Assembly: GCA_038230375.1 (NCBI GenBank)
Contig: JBBRNJ010000009.1
Coordinates: 87,941 to 151,940, forward strand
Direction of reading: 5' to 3'
From: Polyangiales bacterium
Lineage (GTDB): Bacteria > Myxococcota_A > Polyangia > Polyangiales > Polyangiaceae
DNA: 64,000 bases
The translations under genes and the position numbers were made by a program. Shown piece by piece: positions 50,357-59,013 of this stretch. The notes beneath the pieces are model-generated. The model searched no databases and had not been told where the DNA came from. It was given only the letters and a program-made list of their open reading frames with translations. Position 1 is the first letter of the stretch, and each line of letters opens with the position of its first letter.

Positions 50357-50896
50357 ATGTCAGAATCAAGGAGCCCGATGCGCGTGAACAAGCGACACGT
50401 CCAGTTGCTGCCAAAGCATCCCATGGTGACGGTGCCCGGCTTCGGCTGGCTTCGTGAGGCCCCGCGGCCCGCCTACGCACCGCCCGCAGCGAAGATCTCG
50501 CCCGCCGAGATGGCGAAGCATGCGGCTCTGCGCAAGTGCATCTACTTCCCCGCGATGGACCCGTCCATGCGGCCCGCAGCCGCTCGGGCCGCGGAGCGCG
50601 TGAGGACGAACCCGGATCTGTTCCGGCCCCCGCTTCGGAGGCGCAACACGCCGCCGGAATCGCTGATCGAACGGGGCAAGCACGGCCAACACGGCTCGTC
50701 GCGTGGCAGCTCACGCTTCGAAGATCCCGTGAGCGTCGGGATCCTGCTCGCAGTCTTGCCGCCCGTCGGCTTCATGATGCTGTGGGGAAGCTCGCGCTAC
50801 TCGCGCGACGCGAAGATCGCCATCACCGCCCTGATGACGGTCTTCATGATCCTGGGCACCGCCGCCCTCTGCACTGCGTTGCTCGTGCTTCGCTGA
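50357..50896 (+). CDS. Hypothetical protein with C-terminal TM hairpin
   Basis: Basic N-terminus, then LL..LPPVG..MLW TM segments. Confidence 0.5.
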   Translation: MSESRSPMRVNKRHVQLLPKHPMVTVPGFGWLREAPRPAYAPPAAKISPAEMAKHAALRKCIYFPAMDPSMRPAAARAAERVRTNPDLFRPPLRRRNTPPESLIERGKHGQHGSSRGSSRFEDPVSVGILLAVLPPVGFMMLWGSSRYSRDAKIAITALMTVFMILGTAALCTALLVLR

Positions 50897-50926
50897 ATCC
50901 TCCCACCGTCCCCGTCCTCTCCTGAG

Positions 50927-52225
50927 CTACCGCTGAAGCGCGCGCTCGATGATCGTGGGCACGTGGGCGAGCGCGTGGTCCAGATCGAACGCCGCACGGA
51001 GCTTGGGCTCGCCCAGGCGCGACACGATATCTGTATCCTGCAAGCAATTGTCCAGGAAGCGACCCTCGCCGCGCCACGCGCGCATAGCGTTGCGTTGGAC
51101 GAAGACGTAGGCCTCTTGCCGCGCCATGCCGGACTCCACGAGCGCGAGCAGCACGGCCTCCGAGAAGTAGAGCTCACCCGCGGCGTCCAGGTTCTTCTTC
51201 ATGCCCTCCGGGTAGACGACCAGGCCCTCGGCCATGCGCGCCGCGCGATCGAGCATGAACGCGAGCGTCGCTGTCGCATCCGGAGCGAGCATGCGCTCCA
51301 CGGAGGAATGCGAGATGTCGCGCTCGTGCCAGAGGGCGACGTTCTCCAGCGCCGGCACGACGGCAGCGCGAACCACGCGCGCGAGGCCGCACAGGTTCTC
51401 GCTCAGGATCGGATTGCGCTTGTGCGGCATCGCGCTGGAGCCCTTCTGTCCAACGGTGAAGGCCTCCTCGGCCTCGCGCACCTCGGAGCGCTGCCAGTGG
51501 CGCACGTTCGTCGCAAGGCGCTCGATGGACGCTGCGCATAGCGCCATGGCGGAGAAGAACGCGGCGTGACGATCACGCGCGACCACCTGCGTGCTCACCG
51601 TCTCCGCGCGAAGGCCCAGCGCCAGGAGCGCGCGCTGCTCGATCTCGGGCGTGAGATGCGCATAGGTACCGACCGCGCCGGCGATCTTCCCCACCGCGAT
51701 CTCCTCGGTCGCGGTCACGAGCCGCGCCCGCGCACGTGCGATCTCTGCGGCGTGGCCTGCGAGCGCCAGTCCGAACGTGACCGGCTCCGCAAAGATGCCG
51801 TGGCTGCGTCCGATCATGGGCGTCTTCGCGTGCTCGCGCGCCCTCACTGCCAGCTTCTCGAAGAGCGTGTCGCATCGAACGACGAGCATGTCGCCCGCCT
51901 GCTTCAACAAGATCGCGAGCGAGGAGTCGAGCACGTCGCTGGAGGTCATGCCGCGGTGGAGCCAGCGTGCCTCTGGCCCGACCTTCTCCTCCACGTGCGT
52001 GAGGAACGCGATCACATCGTGCTTCACCGTGCGCTCGATCTCAAGGATGCGCGCCGTGTCGAGCGTCACCTTCTTCGCGCGAATGCCAGCGGCAGTGCCC
52101 TTCGGGACGATGCCCGCCTCCTCCATCGCGTCACACGCTGCGAGCTCCACCTGGAGCCAGACGGCGAACTTGTGGTCTTCGGACCAGAGGCGCTCGAACT
52201 CGGCGGGCGTGTAGCGGGGGATCAT
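50927..52225 (-). CDS. purB: Adenylosuccinate lyase
   Basis: [27 protein letters not shown] signature, [12 protein letters not shown]. Confidence 0.97.
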   Translation of the reverse strand: MIPRYTPAEFERLWSEDHKFAVWLQVELAACDAMEEAGIVPKGTAAGIRAKKVTLDTARILEIERTVKHDVIAFLTHVEEKVGPEARWLHRGMTSSDVLDSSLAILLKQAGDMLVVRCDTLFEKLAVRAREHAKTPMIGRSHGIFAEPVTFGLALAGHAAEIARARARLVTATEEIAVGKIAGAVGTYAHLTPEIEQRALLALGLRAETVSTQVVARDRHAAFFSAMALCAASIERLATNVRHWQRSEVREAEEAFTVGQKGSSAMPHKRNPILSENLCGLARVVRAAVVPALENVALWHERDISHSSVERMLAPDATATLAFMLDRAARMAEGLVVYPEGMKKNLDAAGELYFSEAVLLALVESGMARQEAYVFVQRNAMRAWRGEGRFLDNCLQDTDIVSRLGEPKLRAAFDLDHALAHVPTIIERALQR

Positions 52226-52338
52226 GGTTTGGAGGTTCTCTAGTAGAGTGGACGCATCGCGAAAAGCCGCGCTGGCTCGCCAGAACGGACCATTTTCGAT
52301 GCCGTTTTCGCACGTGCGTGTGCTAACGACCAGAAGGC

Positions 52339-52776
52339 ATGGCGACGCTCCCTGAACTCCTGACCGACGAAGCCAAGAAACCTCAGGTGGTGGCAGACTG
52401 CTGCCAGCTCATCGACGAGGAGGTCAAAGACAAAGGCGGCTTCAGCGGTCTGGCGATCAAGGCTGGCTACGGCGCCGTGAAGGGCATCAAGCCAGGATTC
52501 ATCACGCACGCGGTGAGCGACATGCTCCCGGAGTTCGCGAAGGCGCTCGAGCCGCTCTACGAGGACGCCAAGGCGCAGGGCAAGCCAGCCTCCGAGTTCT
52601 TCGCCGCCAACGCCAGCCGCGTCGCCGACGCGCTCCTGTCAATCACCGATGCGAAGGCCTCCCGCGCGAAGAGCGGCGCCGCCAAGGGCGCATACGAGAA
52701 GCTCCGCGGCTCCGCGAAGAAGAACGTCGAGGCCGCCGCGCCGCGCCTCGGCAAGCTCATCGAAAAGTACGGCTGA
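52339..52776 (+). CDS. Conserved hypothetical helical protein
   Basis: GC3-biased [22 protein letters not shown]...ADALLSITD. Confidence 0.7.
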   Translation: MATLPELLTDEAKKPQVVADCCQLIDEEVKDKGGFSGLAIKAGYGAVKGIKPGFITHAVSDMLPEFAKALEPLYEDAKAQGKPASEFFAANASRVADALLSITDAKASRAKSGAAKGAYEKLRGSAKKNVEAAAPRLGKLIEKYG

Positions 52777-52790
52777 AAGCAGCGGCTCTC

Positions 52791-54257
52791 GTGAAGGGGG
52801 CAAACATCCTGGGCGTGGTCGTGGCGGCGCTCGTATCGTGCGCGGCTCCAGCGTCGCATGACGCCGCGTTCCCCACACCCTCGCGCGTGCCTGGAATGGC
52901 GACGTACGAGCTCGCGTGGGATCAGGCGCGCGGCGACCTCGTGGCCACTGCGCACGTCCCTGCTGGCCTCACCGGCTCGTTCGACGTGGAGGGTGGCGTC
53001 GCGCCGTTCATCTCCGACGCCACCGTGGAGCTCGTTGGTAGTGGCGACGCGCGCCATGACGGAGCGAGCCGCGCGCTGGTGCACGGAGCCGACGGCTTCG
53101 CGGCGCCCGAGTGCCTGAAGGCGACATGTGTGGTGCGCTATCGCGTGAGGCTGCGTGAGGCCGCGCGCGCCCTGGACGATCTGGACATGGCAAAGCTGCT
53201 CGGTGCTGGTGAGGTCATCGAGGCACCACCGCCGACCTTCATCCTGGCCCCGTGGGGTGCGCCGCGTACCACCCACGTGCGCTTCCGCGTGCGTACCTCC
53301 GAGGGCTCGTCGTTCCTCACCGGCGTGTTTCCTTCGACCGAGCCAGGTTACTTCGAGACCACGATGGAGGACTTTGGCTCCTCGCCGTACTCCGCGTTCG
53401 GACCGCTGACGCTCCGCACGGTGGAGTTGCCTGGGGGCCAGCTGCTGGTGGGCATGGTGCCGGGCCGCTATCCGCTACCGGAGCGCGAGCTCCTTGCGTG
53501 GGTGGAGAAGTCCGGACGGGCGGTCGCAACTTACTACGGAGGCCTGCCGGTCCCGCGCGAGGCGGTGCTGCTGGTGCCCGTGGGTCGTGGCGGCATCGGC
53601 GTGGGCAAGTCACTCGCGGGAGGCGGCGTCACCGTATTCGTGGGCATCGGCGCGCGTACGGATGCCGCGGACCTCGACGAGGACTGGGTGCTCACACACG
53701 AGCTCGTGCACGCCGCGTTTCCGGCGCAGCCGCGCGAGCTCGACTGGGTGGAGGAGGGCCTCGCGACGTACGTGGAGCCGATCGCGAGAGCGCGCATCGG
53801 TGCGCTTTCGGACCAGGCGGTGTGGAAGGGCCTCGTGGGCGGGCTCCACTTCGGATTGCCCGAGGAGGGCGATCGCGGGATCGATCACACGCACACCTGG
53901 GGACGCATGTACTGGGGTGGCGCGCTCTTCTTCTTCCTCGCGGACCTGGACATCAGGCGACAGACGAAGGGCAAGGCGACACTGCGCGAGGCACTGACAG
54001 CGATCCTGCACGAGGTCTCTTCCAATGCCCATCGCGGCGATCTCTCGCGCGCGTTCGAGGTCGGTGATCGCGCCACGGGCACGCACGTGCTCACCTCACT
54101 GCACGCCGCGTGGTCTTCCACGCCGGTGAACGTCGATCTGGACGCGCTCTTCGCGTCGCTGGGCGTGCGTCGTGGCGCAGACGGAAATCAAGTGACGTTC
54201 GACGACGCTGCGCCCGAAGCGTGGCTGCGCAAGAGCCTCACCGCGCGCGCACCGTGA
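52791..54257 (+). CDS. Gluzincin metallopeptidase lipoprotein (M61/M1-like)
   Basis: Lipobox LVSC; HELVH...WVEEGLATY; YWGG. Confidence 0.8.
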   Translation: MKGANILGVVVAALVSCAAPASHDAAFPTPSRVPGMATYELAWDQARGDLVATAHVPAGLTGSFDVEGGVAPFISDATVELVGSGDARHDGASRALVHGADGFAAPECLKATCVVRYRVRLREAARALDDLDMAKLLGAGEVIEAPPPTFILAPWGAPRTTHVRFRVRTSEGSSFLTGVFPSTEPGYFETTMEDFGSSPYSAFGPLTLRTVELPGGQLLVGMVPGRYPLPERELLAWVEKSGRAVATYYGGLPVPREAVLLVPVGRGGIGVGKSLAGGGVTVFVGIGARTDAADLDEDWVLTHELVHAAFPAQPRELDWVEEGLATYVEPIARARIGALSDQAVWKGLVGGLHFGLPEEGDRGIDHTHTWGRMYWGGALFFFLADLDIRRQTKGKATLREALTAILHEVSSNAHRGDLSRAFEVGDRATGTHVLTSLHAAWSSTPVNVDLDALFASLGVRRGADGNQVTFDDAAPEAWLRKSLTARAP

Positions 54258-54294
54258 TGCGCGAGCCGTGGCCATGCGATGACGTTTCAGGGGT

Positions 54295-54330
54295 AAAAGA
54301 AAGGCCGCGTGGCTTTCACCGCGCGGCCTT
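54295..54330 (-). terminator. Intrinsic terminator, probably the native tRNA-Lys terminator displaced by integration
   Basis: Stem AAGGCCGCG/CGCGGCCTT followed on the minus strand by TCTTTT; 16 bp outside the distal att. Confidence 0.75.
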
Positions 54331-54345
54331 CTTCTGTTCGTTTCC

Positions 54346-54369
54346 GGGTGGGCGAGCCGGGACTTGAAC
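54346..54369. repeat. Distal att core GGGTGGGCGAGCCGGGACTTGAAC
   Basis: Identical to 58825-58848. Confidence 0.95.
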
Positions 54370-54602
54370 GCGGCGTGAATGGCGGCATCGACGGCATTTC
54401 TCGGGCGAATGGGACTTCTGCACCGTCTGACACTGCCGATACGGGTGCAGACAACCCCGCGATAGATGGTTCCGTAGACAGGCGCGTAGACACTCCGAGC
54501 GTGGAAGCGGCCCTTGCACGCGCTCTCGACGCGGCAACCGCGGCCGGGCGTTTCGACCTCATGGCGGACCTCCTGCGCGAGCTGCAACGCCGCGCCAAGT
54601 AG
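54369..54602 (+). other. Detached integrase C-terminal coding segment (77 aa), fused in frame only in the excised circle
   Basis: The att core reads VGEPGLE in the same frame here and in the integrase; the frame is open to TAG 54602. Confidence 0.75.
54471..54492 (-). repeat. Putative integrase arm-type sites (TGTCTACG x2, 12-bp period)
   Basis: TCCGTAGACA..CGTAGACA is the reverse complement of the repeat at 58757-58780. Confidence 0.7.
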
Positions 54603-54686
54603 CGCCGTGCTCGCGCTTCGCTCCGTGACCTCTCGTCGCGGGGCGTGGCGTGCGCACGATGCCACGAACCAACAAGGAGACCACCC

Positions 54687-55085
54687 ATGAACACGAACAC
54701 TCACGCAGCGACCAGCCCCGCCGATGACATCTCTTCTGGACACGCTCACGAGCAGTACGTCAACAACGATGCCCTGCAGCTCGATGGGAGCACCCTCGCC
54801 ATGCGCGCCGCCTCCGATCGCCCGGCGGACGTTCTCGCTCTCAGCATCGGGGAGCTGGTTGCGCTCTCAGTGGCCGGCCCCTGCGTCGAGGCCCGTAGCA
54901 TGGGCGAAGCTGTCGCCGCAGTGACCGCCGAAGAGCTGGACCTCTTGGAGTGCGCGACCACGGATGGCGTGGTGCTGGATGAAGGGCTTGCGCGCGATCT
55001 CGCACGGCGGCTCAGCAGCCGCGCACGTGCCCTCGCAGAGCTCGCGCGGCGCATCCGTCTTGCGAACGCTGCAAACGCGGAATAG
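54687..55085 (+). CDS. Hypothetical element protein
   Basis: AAGGAG RBS before ATG; helical sequence. Confidence 0.55.
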   Translation: MNTNTHAATSPADDISSGHAHEQYVNNDALQLDGSTLAMRAASDRPADVLALSIGELVALSVAGPCVEARSMGEAVAAVTAEELDLLECATTDGVVLDEGLARDLARRLSSRARALAELARRIRLANAANAE

Positions 55086-55172
55086 CCGGCAAAAAAGCTC
55101 TACGGGCGCAGGAATCGGCCTCGCCCGTCCGACTCTCGCGCCGCGCTAAGCCCTACATTCCCCGTACAGACT

Positions 55173-55451
55173 ATGCCGAAACCCAAAAGCCCCAAGGTCA
55201 TCTACTCGGCTCCGGAAATGGATCCGGCAGCGCTTGCGTCATGGGGCGCCTCCGCTGGCGTAGGCTCCGTCGCGCCCATGGCGAAGCCCAAGAAAAACGC
55301 CGTTACCGGAACCGCGTACGTCCCGGATGCCCATTCAGCACGATCTCACACCGCAAGACCTGATGGCGCGCCACTCTCTGCCCTATTCGAGCGCGGTCGA
55401 GTACATGAAGCGCGCTGGCGCGCACAAGATTGGGCGACACTAGCGCATTAG
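55173..55451 (+). CDS. Hypothetical element protein
   Basis: ATG-started ORF only; no recognised motif. Confidence 0.3.
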   Translation: MPKPKSPKVIYSAPEMDPAALASWGASAGVGSVAPMAKPKKNAVTGTAYVPDAHSARSHTARPDGAPLSALFERGRVHEARWRAQDWATLAH

Positions 55452-55771
55452 GCCCGCGCGCTGGGCAGCCTGGATCGCGGAGACGAACGAGGCCACGGAG
55501 CGCCAACGCCGTCTGGCGCTCGTTCCGCTCTGGACGCGCCGCGAGGGGAGACCCAGACCGCGCGACGAGCCGCCCGCGATGCGCGTCGCGAGCACGCCCC
55601 CGATGAAGGTCACGCAAAAAGGGCGAATGTGACGCTCGCAGACGGAACCGCCGCGCGACACGTCAGAGGGTGAGCGCCTCACCGAGATCGATGCTCGGCT
55701 TCGAAAGCGCCGCCTTGAGCGCGGCGACGTCCGCACTACGAGTGGAGCGACGCGCGCGTGCGCATTGGAGG

Positions 55772-56425
55772 CTACTTGGCTGCCTTCATGCTCTTGATCG
55801 CGTTCGCAAACTGATGCGTCAACATCGATTCGAGGAAGGCGGTCATCGCGCTGAAATCGGGAACAAGGTTCGTTTCATCGGGCCCCGCAATCGCTTTTGC
55901 TTCGCGTTCAGCCTTGTCGACGGCCCGCAGCGCCAGAATGTAATCGTCGCGATGGTCATAGATCAGCGTGGGCATCGACGGGACGCCCGGCAGCATGCGT
56001 CCTTCCTTCATGCACAGGATCATGTAGGCAAGCGCGCGCGAAGTCCGACCATTGCCGCCCGAGAAGGGGTGAATCCAATTGAACCGCCACAAAGCGTACG
56101 ATGCGCGCTCCAACGCGGAGCGCTCGGCCTTCGTGCCGTTGATCCAGTCGCACGCGTCGCGCACCAGGTTCTGGACGAGCGCGGGCTCCGGTAGCACATG
56201 GTCGCTGTTCGTGATCAGCACGTTGGTTCGTGCGTCCCGAAACTTGCCCGCACACGGGTAGATGCCATCCACCGCGAGCTGCTGCAGCGTCAAAACGTGC
56301 GACTCTCGCAGCTCGGACGCTCCGCCTTCGACCAAGCTGGTGATGTAGTCCAGTTGTTCGACACCGTTGCGCGTCTCGAACTGCGCCTTCTCCTCACGTC
56401 GACAGAGAAGGACGTCGTGGCTCAT
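55772..56425 (-). CDS. Fic domain protein (putative toxin)
   Basis: AGKFR and HPFSGGNGRTSR Fic motif. Confidence 0.9.
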   Translation of the reverse strand: MSHDVLLCRREEKAQFETRNGVEQLDYITSLVEGGASELRESHVLTLQQLAVDGIYPCAGKFRDARTNVLITNSDHVLPEPALVQNLVRDACDWINGTKAERSALERASYALWRFNWIHPFSGGNGRTSRALAYMILCMKEGRMLPGVPSMPTLIYDHRDDYILALRAVDKAEREAKAIAGPDETNLVPDFSAMTAFLESMLTHQFANAIKSMKAAK

Positions 56426-56607
56426 TTCATCATCGTCGGCTTGAGATCGACCGCACGTTCCGCCATTTCACGCGTAACGTCTTGGTTCTCGATCTTGGTG
56501 TTGCCATACGCCCAATCGATGCGCTGTTCGCGGGTGGGGTGACGCGGCTGTGCGCCTTCATCTTGATGGCGCACCACTTCGGCGAGCAGGTTCTCGTATT
56601 CAGTCAT
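56422..56607 (-). CDS. Putative FicA/VbhA-like antitoxin
   Basis: 61 aa, overlaps the Fic start (ATGA), carries GNTKIEN resembling the (S/T)xxxE(G/N) inhibitory motif. Confidence 0.7.
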   Translation of the reverse strand: MTEYENLLAEVVRHQDEGAQPRHPTREQRIDWAYGNTKIENQDVTREMAERAVDLKPTMMK

Positions 56608-56911
56608 TGGCGGTTACCCCTTCTGGTTGGATCAAGCTAGCAAGCACTGGACATCTGGCAAGGGTGAATTGTTCGAGAGTTCTCAGCTCACAAGCGGAAC
56701 TCATAGTGAATAATACCGAATATTTAGGCAAGTCCACTGCAATTCTGGCGATGGGTGTGCGCACCTGAACAGGATGACTCAAGGCAAGTGATCGTAGGCT
56801 GCGCTTGACCGAGACGACACGCTCTCTACGCATGCGCTGCGGGCGCAAACCGCGTGCGAGAGCAGCGACGCGGACGACAGAGGGGCGATCTTCGATGCTC
56901 TCTGCCTCGCG

Positions 56912-57202
56912 TTGACGACGATCGTGGAAGGCGATGCGCCGGAAGCGGCATTCATCGCGAAAGCGGCGCTCCACGCCCTGGGAGAAGCCAATGACGCATG
57001 GGAACTCGAAACCGAGGCCGTCACGGAAGCGGAGGCGGAGCGCGACGCGGCACGGGTGGAGCTGGCGACCCTGAGGGCAGAACTCGGAGCGCTCGCGTCG
57101 CGTAGACATCCGTCTGACGTGTCTACGAAGAGCGCGAAGCCCTCGATTGCCGCGGAGAAGAGCCACGAATGGCACGGGGTACCAAGCCCGGCGACCAATT
57201 GA
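56912..57202 (+). CDS. Hypothetical coiled-coil ORF, possibly a gene fragment
   Basis: TTG start; the frame is open back to about 56798 with no start codon. Confidence 0.3.
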   Translation: MTTIVEGDAPEAAFIAKAALHALGEANDAWELETEAVTEAEAERDAARVELATLRAELGALASRRHPSDVSTKSAKPSIAAEKSHEWHGVPSPATN

Positions 57203-57232
57203 GCGGAGCGCCTTGACCGAACCGCATTCACG

Positions 57233-57269
57233 ACGCATATACACTCTACCGCGTTGACAACGCATATAC
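57233..57269 (+). promoter_or_regulatory. Promoter/operator of the RHH-int unit
   Basis: ACGCATATAC at 57233-57242 and 57260-57269 flanking TTGACA (57254-57259). Confidence 0.55.
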
Positions 57270-57299
57270 GGAAGGACAGGAATCGTGCAGACTGAAAGC

Positions 57300-57482
57300 A
57301 TGGCTAGCAGAGAGAAGCTGTTCACGATGCGCCTCTCCGATGAAGAGCGAGAGCGCGCCGAACGCGTGGCAGTCCACTACGGTCTGAACGTTGCCGGCGT
57401 GCTGCGAATGCTTCTGAAGCGCGAAGATCTCGCTATCCCGCCAGCGCCGCCAGTCACGAAGGCGAAGAAGTCCAAGCGCTAG
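57300..57482 (+). CDS. Ribbon-helix-helix (CopG-like) DNA-binding protein
   Basis: LFTMRLSDEERE...A...GLNVAGVLRMLL pattern; 60 aa; directly upstream of int. Confidence 0.7.
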   Translation: MASREKLFTMRLSDEERERAERVAVHYGLNVAGVLRMLLKREDLAIPPAPPVTKAKKSKR

Positions 57483-57554
57483 AGCGAAAAGAGAAACGGC
57501 TCCGCGACGCGTCAACGTCCGGAGCCAGGTCCGACGTGTCGAGAGGTACGAACA

Positions 57555-58889
57555 ATGACCAGTGTACGAATTGCCGTCGAGGTGCGCCACCAAGGCGAGC
57601 CTCGACGCGGCACCATCGAGCGACGCAGGCGCGCGGACGGCACGCTGTACTACCTGGGACGCATCGCGCTCGCCACGGGCAAGCGCCACTACCTTGCCGT
57701 TCCCGATGGCCTCACGGAGAGCGCAGCGCGCGACTACGTGGCGGACGCGCAGCGGAAGGAAGACGAGCGAGGCGGCATCGCGGCAGCTCTCGCGCCCCCT
57801 TCACCCGTAACTGAGTCGCCCTCTGCTTGGTTCAAGCGCTGGATAGCGGAGCGGCGCATGCTCGGACTTCGCTCCGTGGACACGGACGAGGCGCGCATCC
57901 GTGACTACGTGCTCCCCTTCCTGAAGTCGCCCAGCATGGCGAGCGTGACGCGCGACCACGTGGAAGACGTGCGTGACGGGCTAGACGTGAAGATTCGCTC
58001 TGGCGCGCTCTCGTGGAAGACGGCGGCGAATGCATGGGGGCTCATCACCAAGGCGTTCTCGGACGCCGTGAGCTCCAAGAATCGCGCTCTGCGATGCCGC
58101 GCAGACAATCCCGCGATGGGTGTGCAAGCGCCGGAGAGAGGCGCGCGCAAGGCAAAGGTCTACCTCTTCCCGTCCGAGGTGACAGCGCTCCTGTCGTGCA
58201 AGCGCGTGCCGCTCCGCTGGCGACGGTTCTTCGCTCTCACCGTCTACACGTACGCGAGGCCTGGCGAGGTGCGCGCGCTCGACTGGGATAGCGTCGACCT
58301 CGACCGCGGCATCATCCACATCCACAAGAGCATCGACCGCAACACTGGCGAGCTGAAGAGCACGAAGACGGAGACCTCGCGCCGCATCGCGATCGAGCCC
58401 GAGCTAGCGCCGCTTCTCCACGTGATGCGCAAGGAGCAAGGCGGCAAGGGTCGCTTGGTTCCGTGGGGCGCGACAGACCGCAAGCTCTCGCGCACGCTGC
58501 AGCAGTGCCTACGCCTGGCGGGCGTGAAGCGACCGGAGCTCTTCGCGAGCGACGCAGCACGCAAGCCCATGACGTTCTATGACCTGCGTGCGACCGGCAT
58601 CACGTGGATGGCCGTTCGTGGAGACGACCCGCTGCGCATCAAGCAGCGCGCTGGACACTCCACGTTCTCGACCACGGAGGGGTACATCCGAGAGGCCGAA
58701 AACTTAACCGAAACGGCCTTCGGACAACCGTTTCCGCGGCTGCCAGAAGGCCTCTTGATGTCTACGGAGATGTCTACGGACCTCGGTACTGTTACCTACG
58801 ATGCGGAGACTGTTTCGGAAACCTGGGTGGGCGAGCCGGGACTTGAACCCGGAGCCAATAGATTAAGAGTCTACTGCTCTACCAATTGA
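57555..58889 (+). CDS. Tyrosine recombinase/integrase; the 3' end reads through att into antisense tRNA
   Basis: ARPGEV (R), KSTKT (K), FYDLRAT (H->Y,xxR), AGHS, TTEGY (Y). Confidence 0.93.
   Translation: MTSVRIAVEVRHQGEPRRGTIERRRRADGTLYYLGRIALATGKRHYLAVPDGLTESAARDYVADAQRKEDERGGIAAALAPPSPVTESPSAWFKRWIAERRMLGLRSVDTDEARIRDYVLPFLKSPSMASVTRDHVEDVRDGLDVKIRSGALSWKTAANAWGLITKAFSDAVSSKNRALRCRADNPAMGVQAPERGARKAKVYLFPSEVTALLSCKRVPLRWRRFFALTVYTYARPGEVRALDWDSVDLDRGIIHIHKSIDRNTGELKSTKTETSRRIAIEPELAPLLHVMRKEQGGKGRLVPWGATDRKLSRTLQQCLRLAGVKRPELFASDAARKPMTFYDLRATGITWMAVRGDDPLRIKQRAGHSTFSTTEGYIREAENLTETAFGQPFPRLPEGLLMSTEMSTDLGTVTYDAETVSETWVGEPGLEPGANRLRVYCSTN
58757..58780 (+). repeat. Putative integrase arm-type sites GATGTCTACGGA x2
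   Basis: Perfect 12-bp tandem repeat 45 bp inside the att core. Confidence 0.75.
58825..58848. repeat. Proximal att core (tRNA-Lys 3' end)
   Basis: Identical to 54346-54369. Confidence 0.95.
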
Positions 58890-58900
58890 GCTACTCGCCC
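58828..58900 (-). tRNA. tRNA-Lys (CTT)
   Basis: GGGCGAG acceptor, GCTC-AATTGGTA-GAGC D arm, GTAGA-CTCTTAA-TCTAT anticodon arm, CCGGG-TTCAAGT-CCCGG T arm; CCA not encoded. Confidence 0.95.
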
Positions 58901-59013
58901 GAGGGGCGCTCCTTTTTTCAAAGTTCGCCCCTAGTGTCAAGGGTGAACGAGGCGAGCGACGGCCAGACCGCGCGGGAGCACCTGTGGAAGCGCGCGAGCC
59001 CTTCGGCGCGACG

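Larger units (their letters stand above)
54346..58848. mobile_element. Integrative element at tRNA-Lys (4479-bp excised unit)
   Basis: Perfect 24-bp flanking direct repeats matching the tRNA 3' end; tyrosine integrase; Fic module. Confidence 0.92.

Noticed and set aside
54309..54602. Independent 97-aa gene
   Set aside because: Its GTG start lies inside the terminator hairpin and outside the element; better explained as the detached Int tail
57194..57204. ACCAATTGAGC match to antisense tRNA-Lys D arm as a nested old att junction
   Set aside because: Only 11 bp and the flanks align poorly; cannot be distinguished from chance
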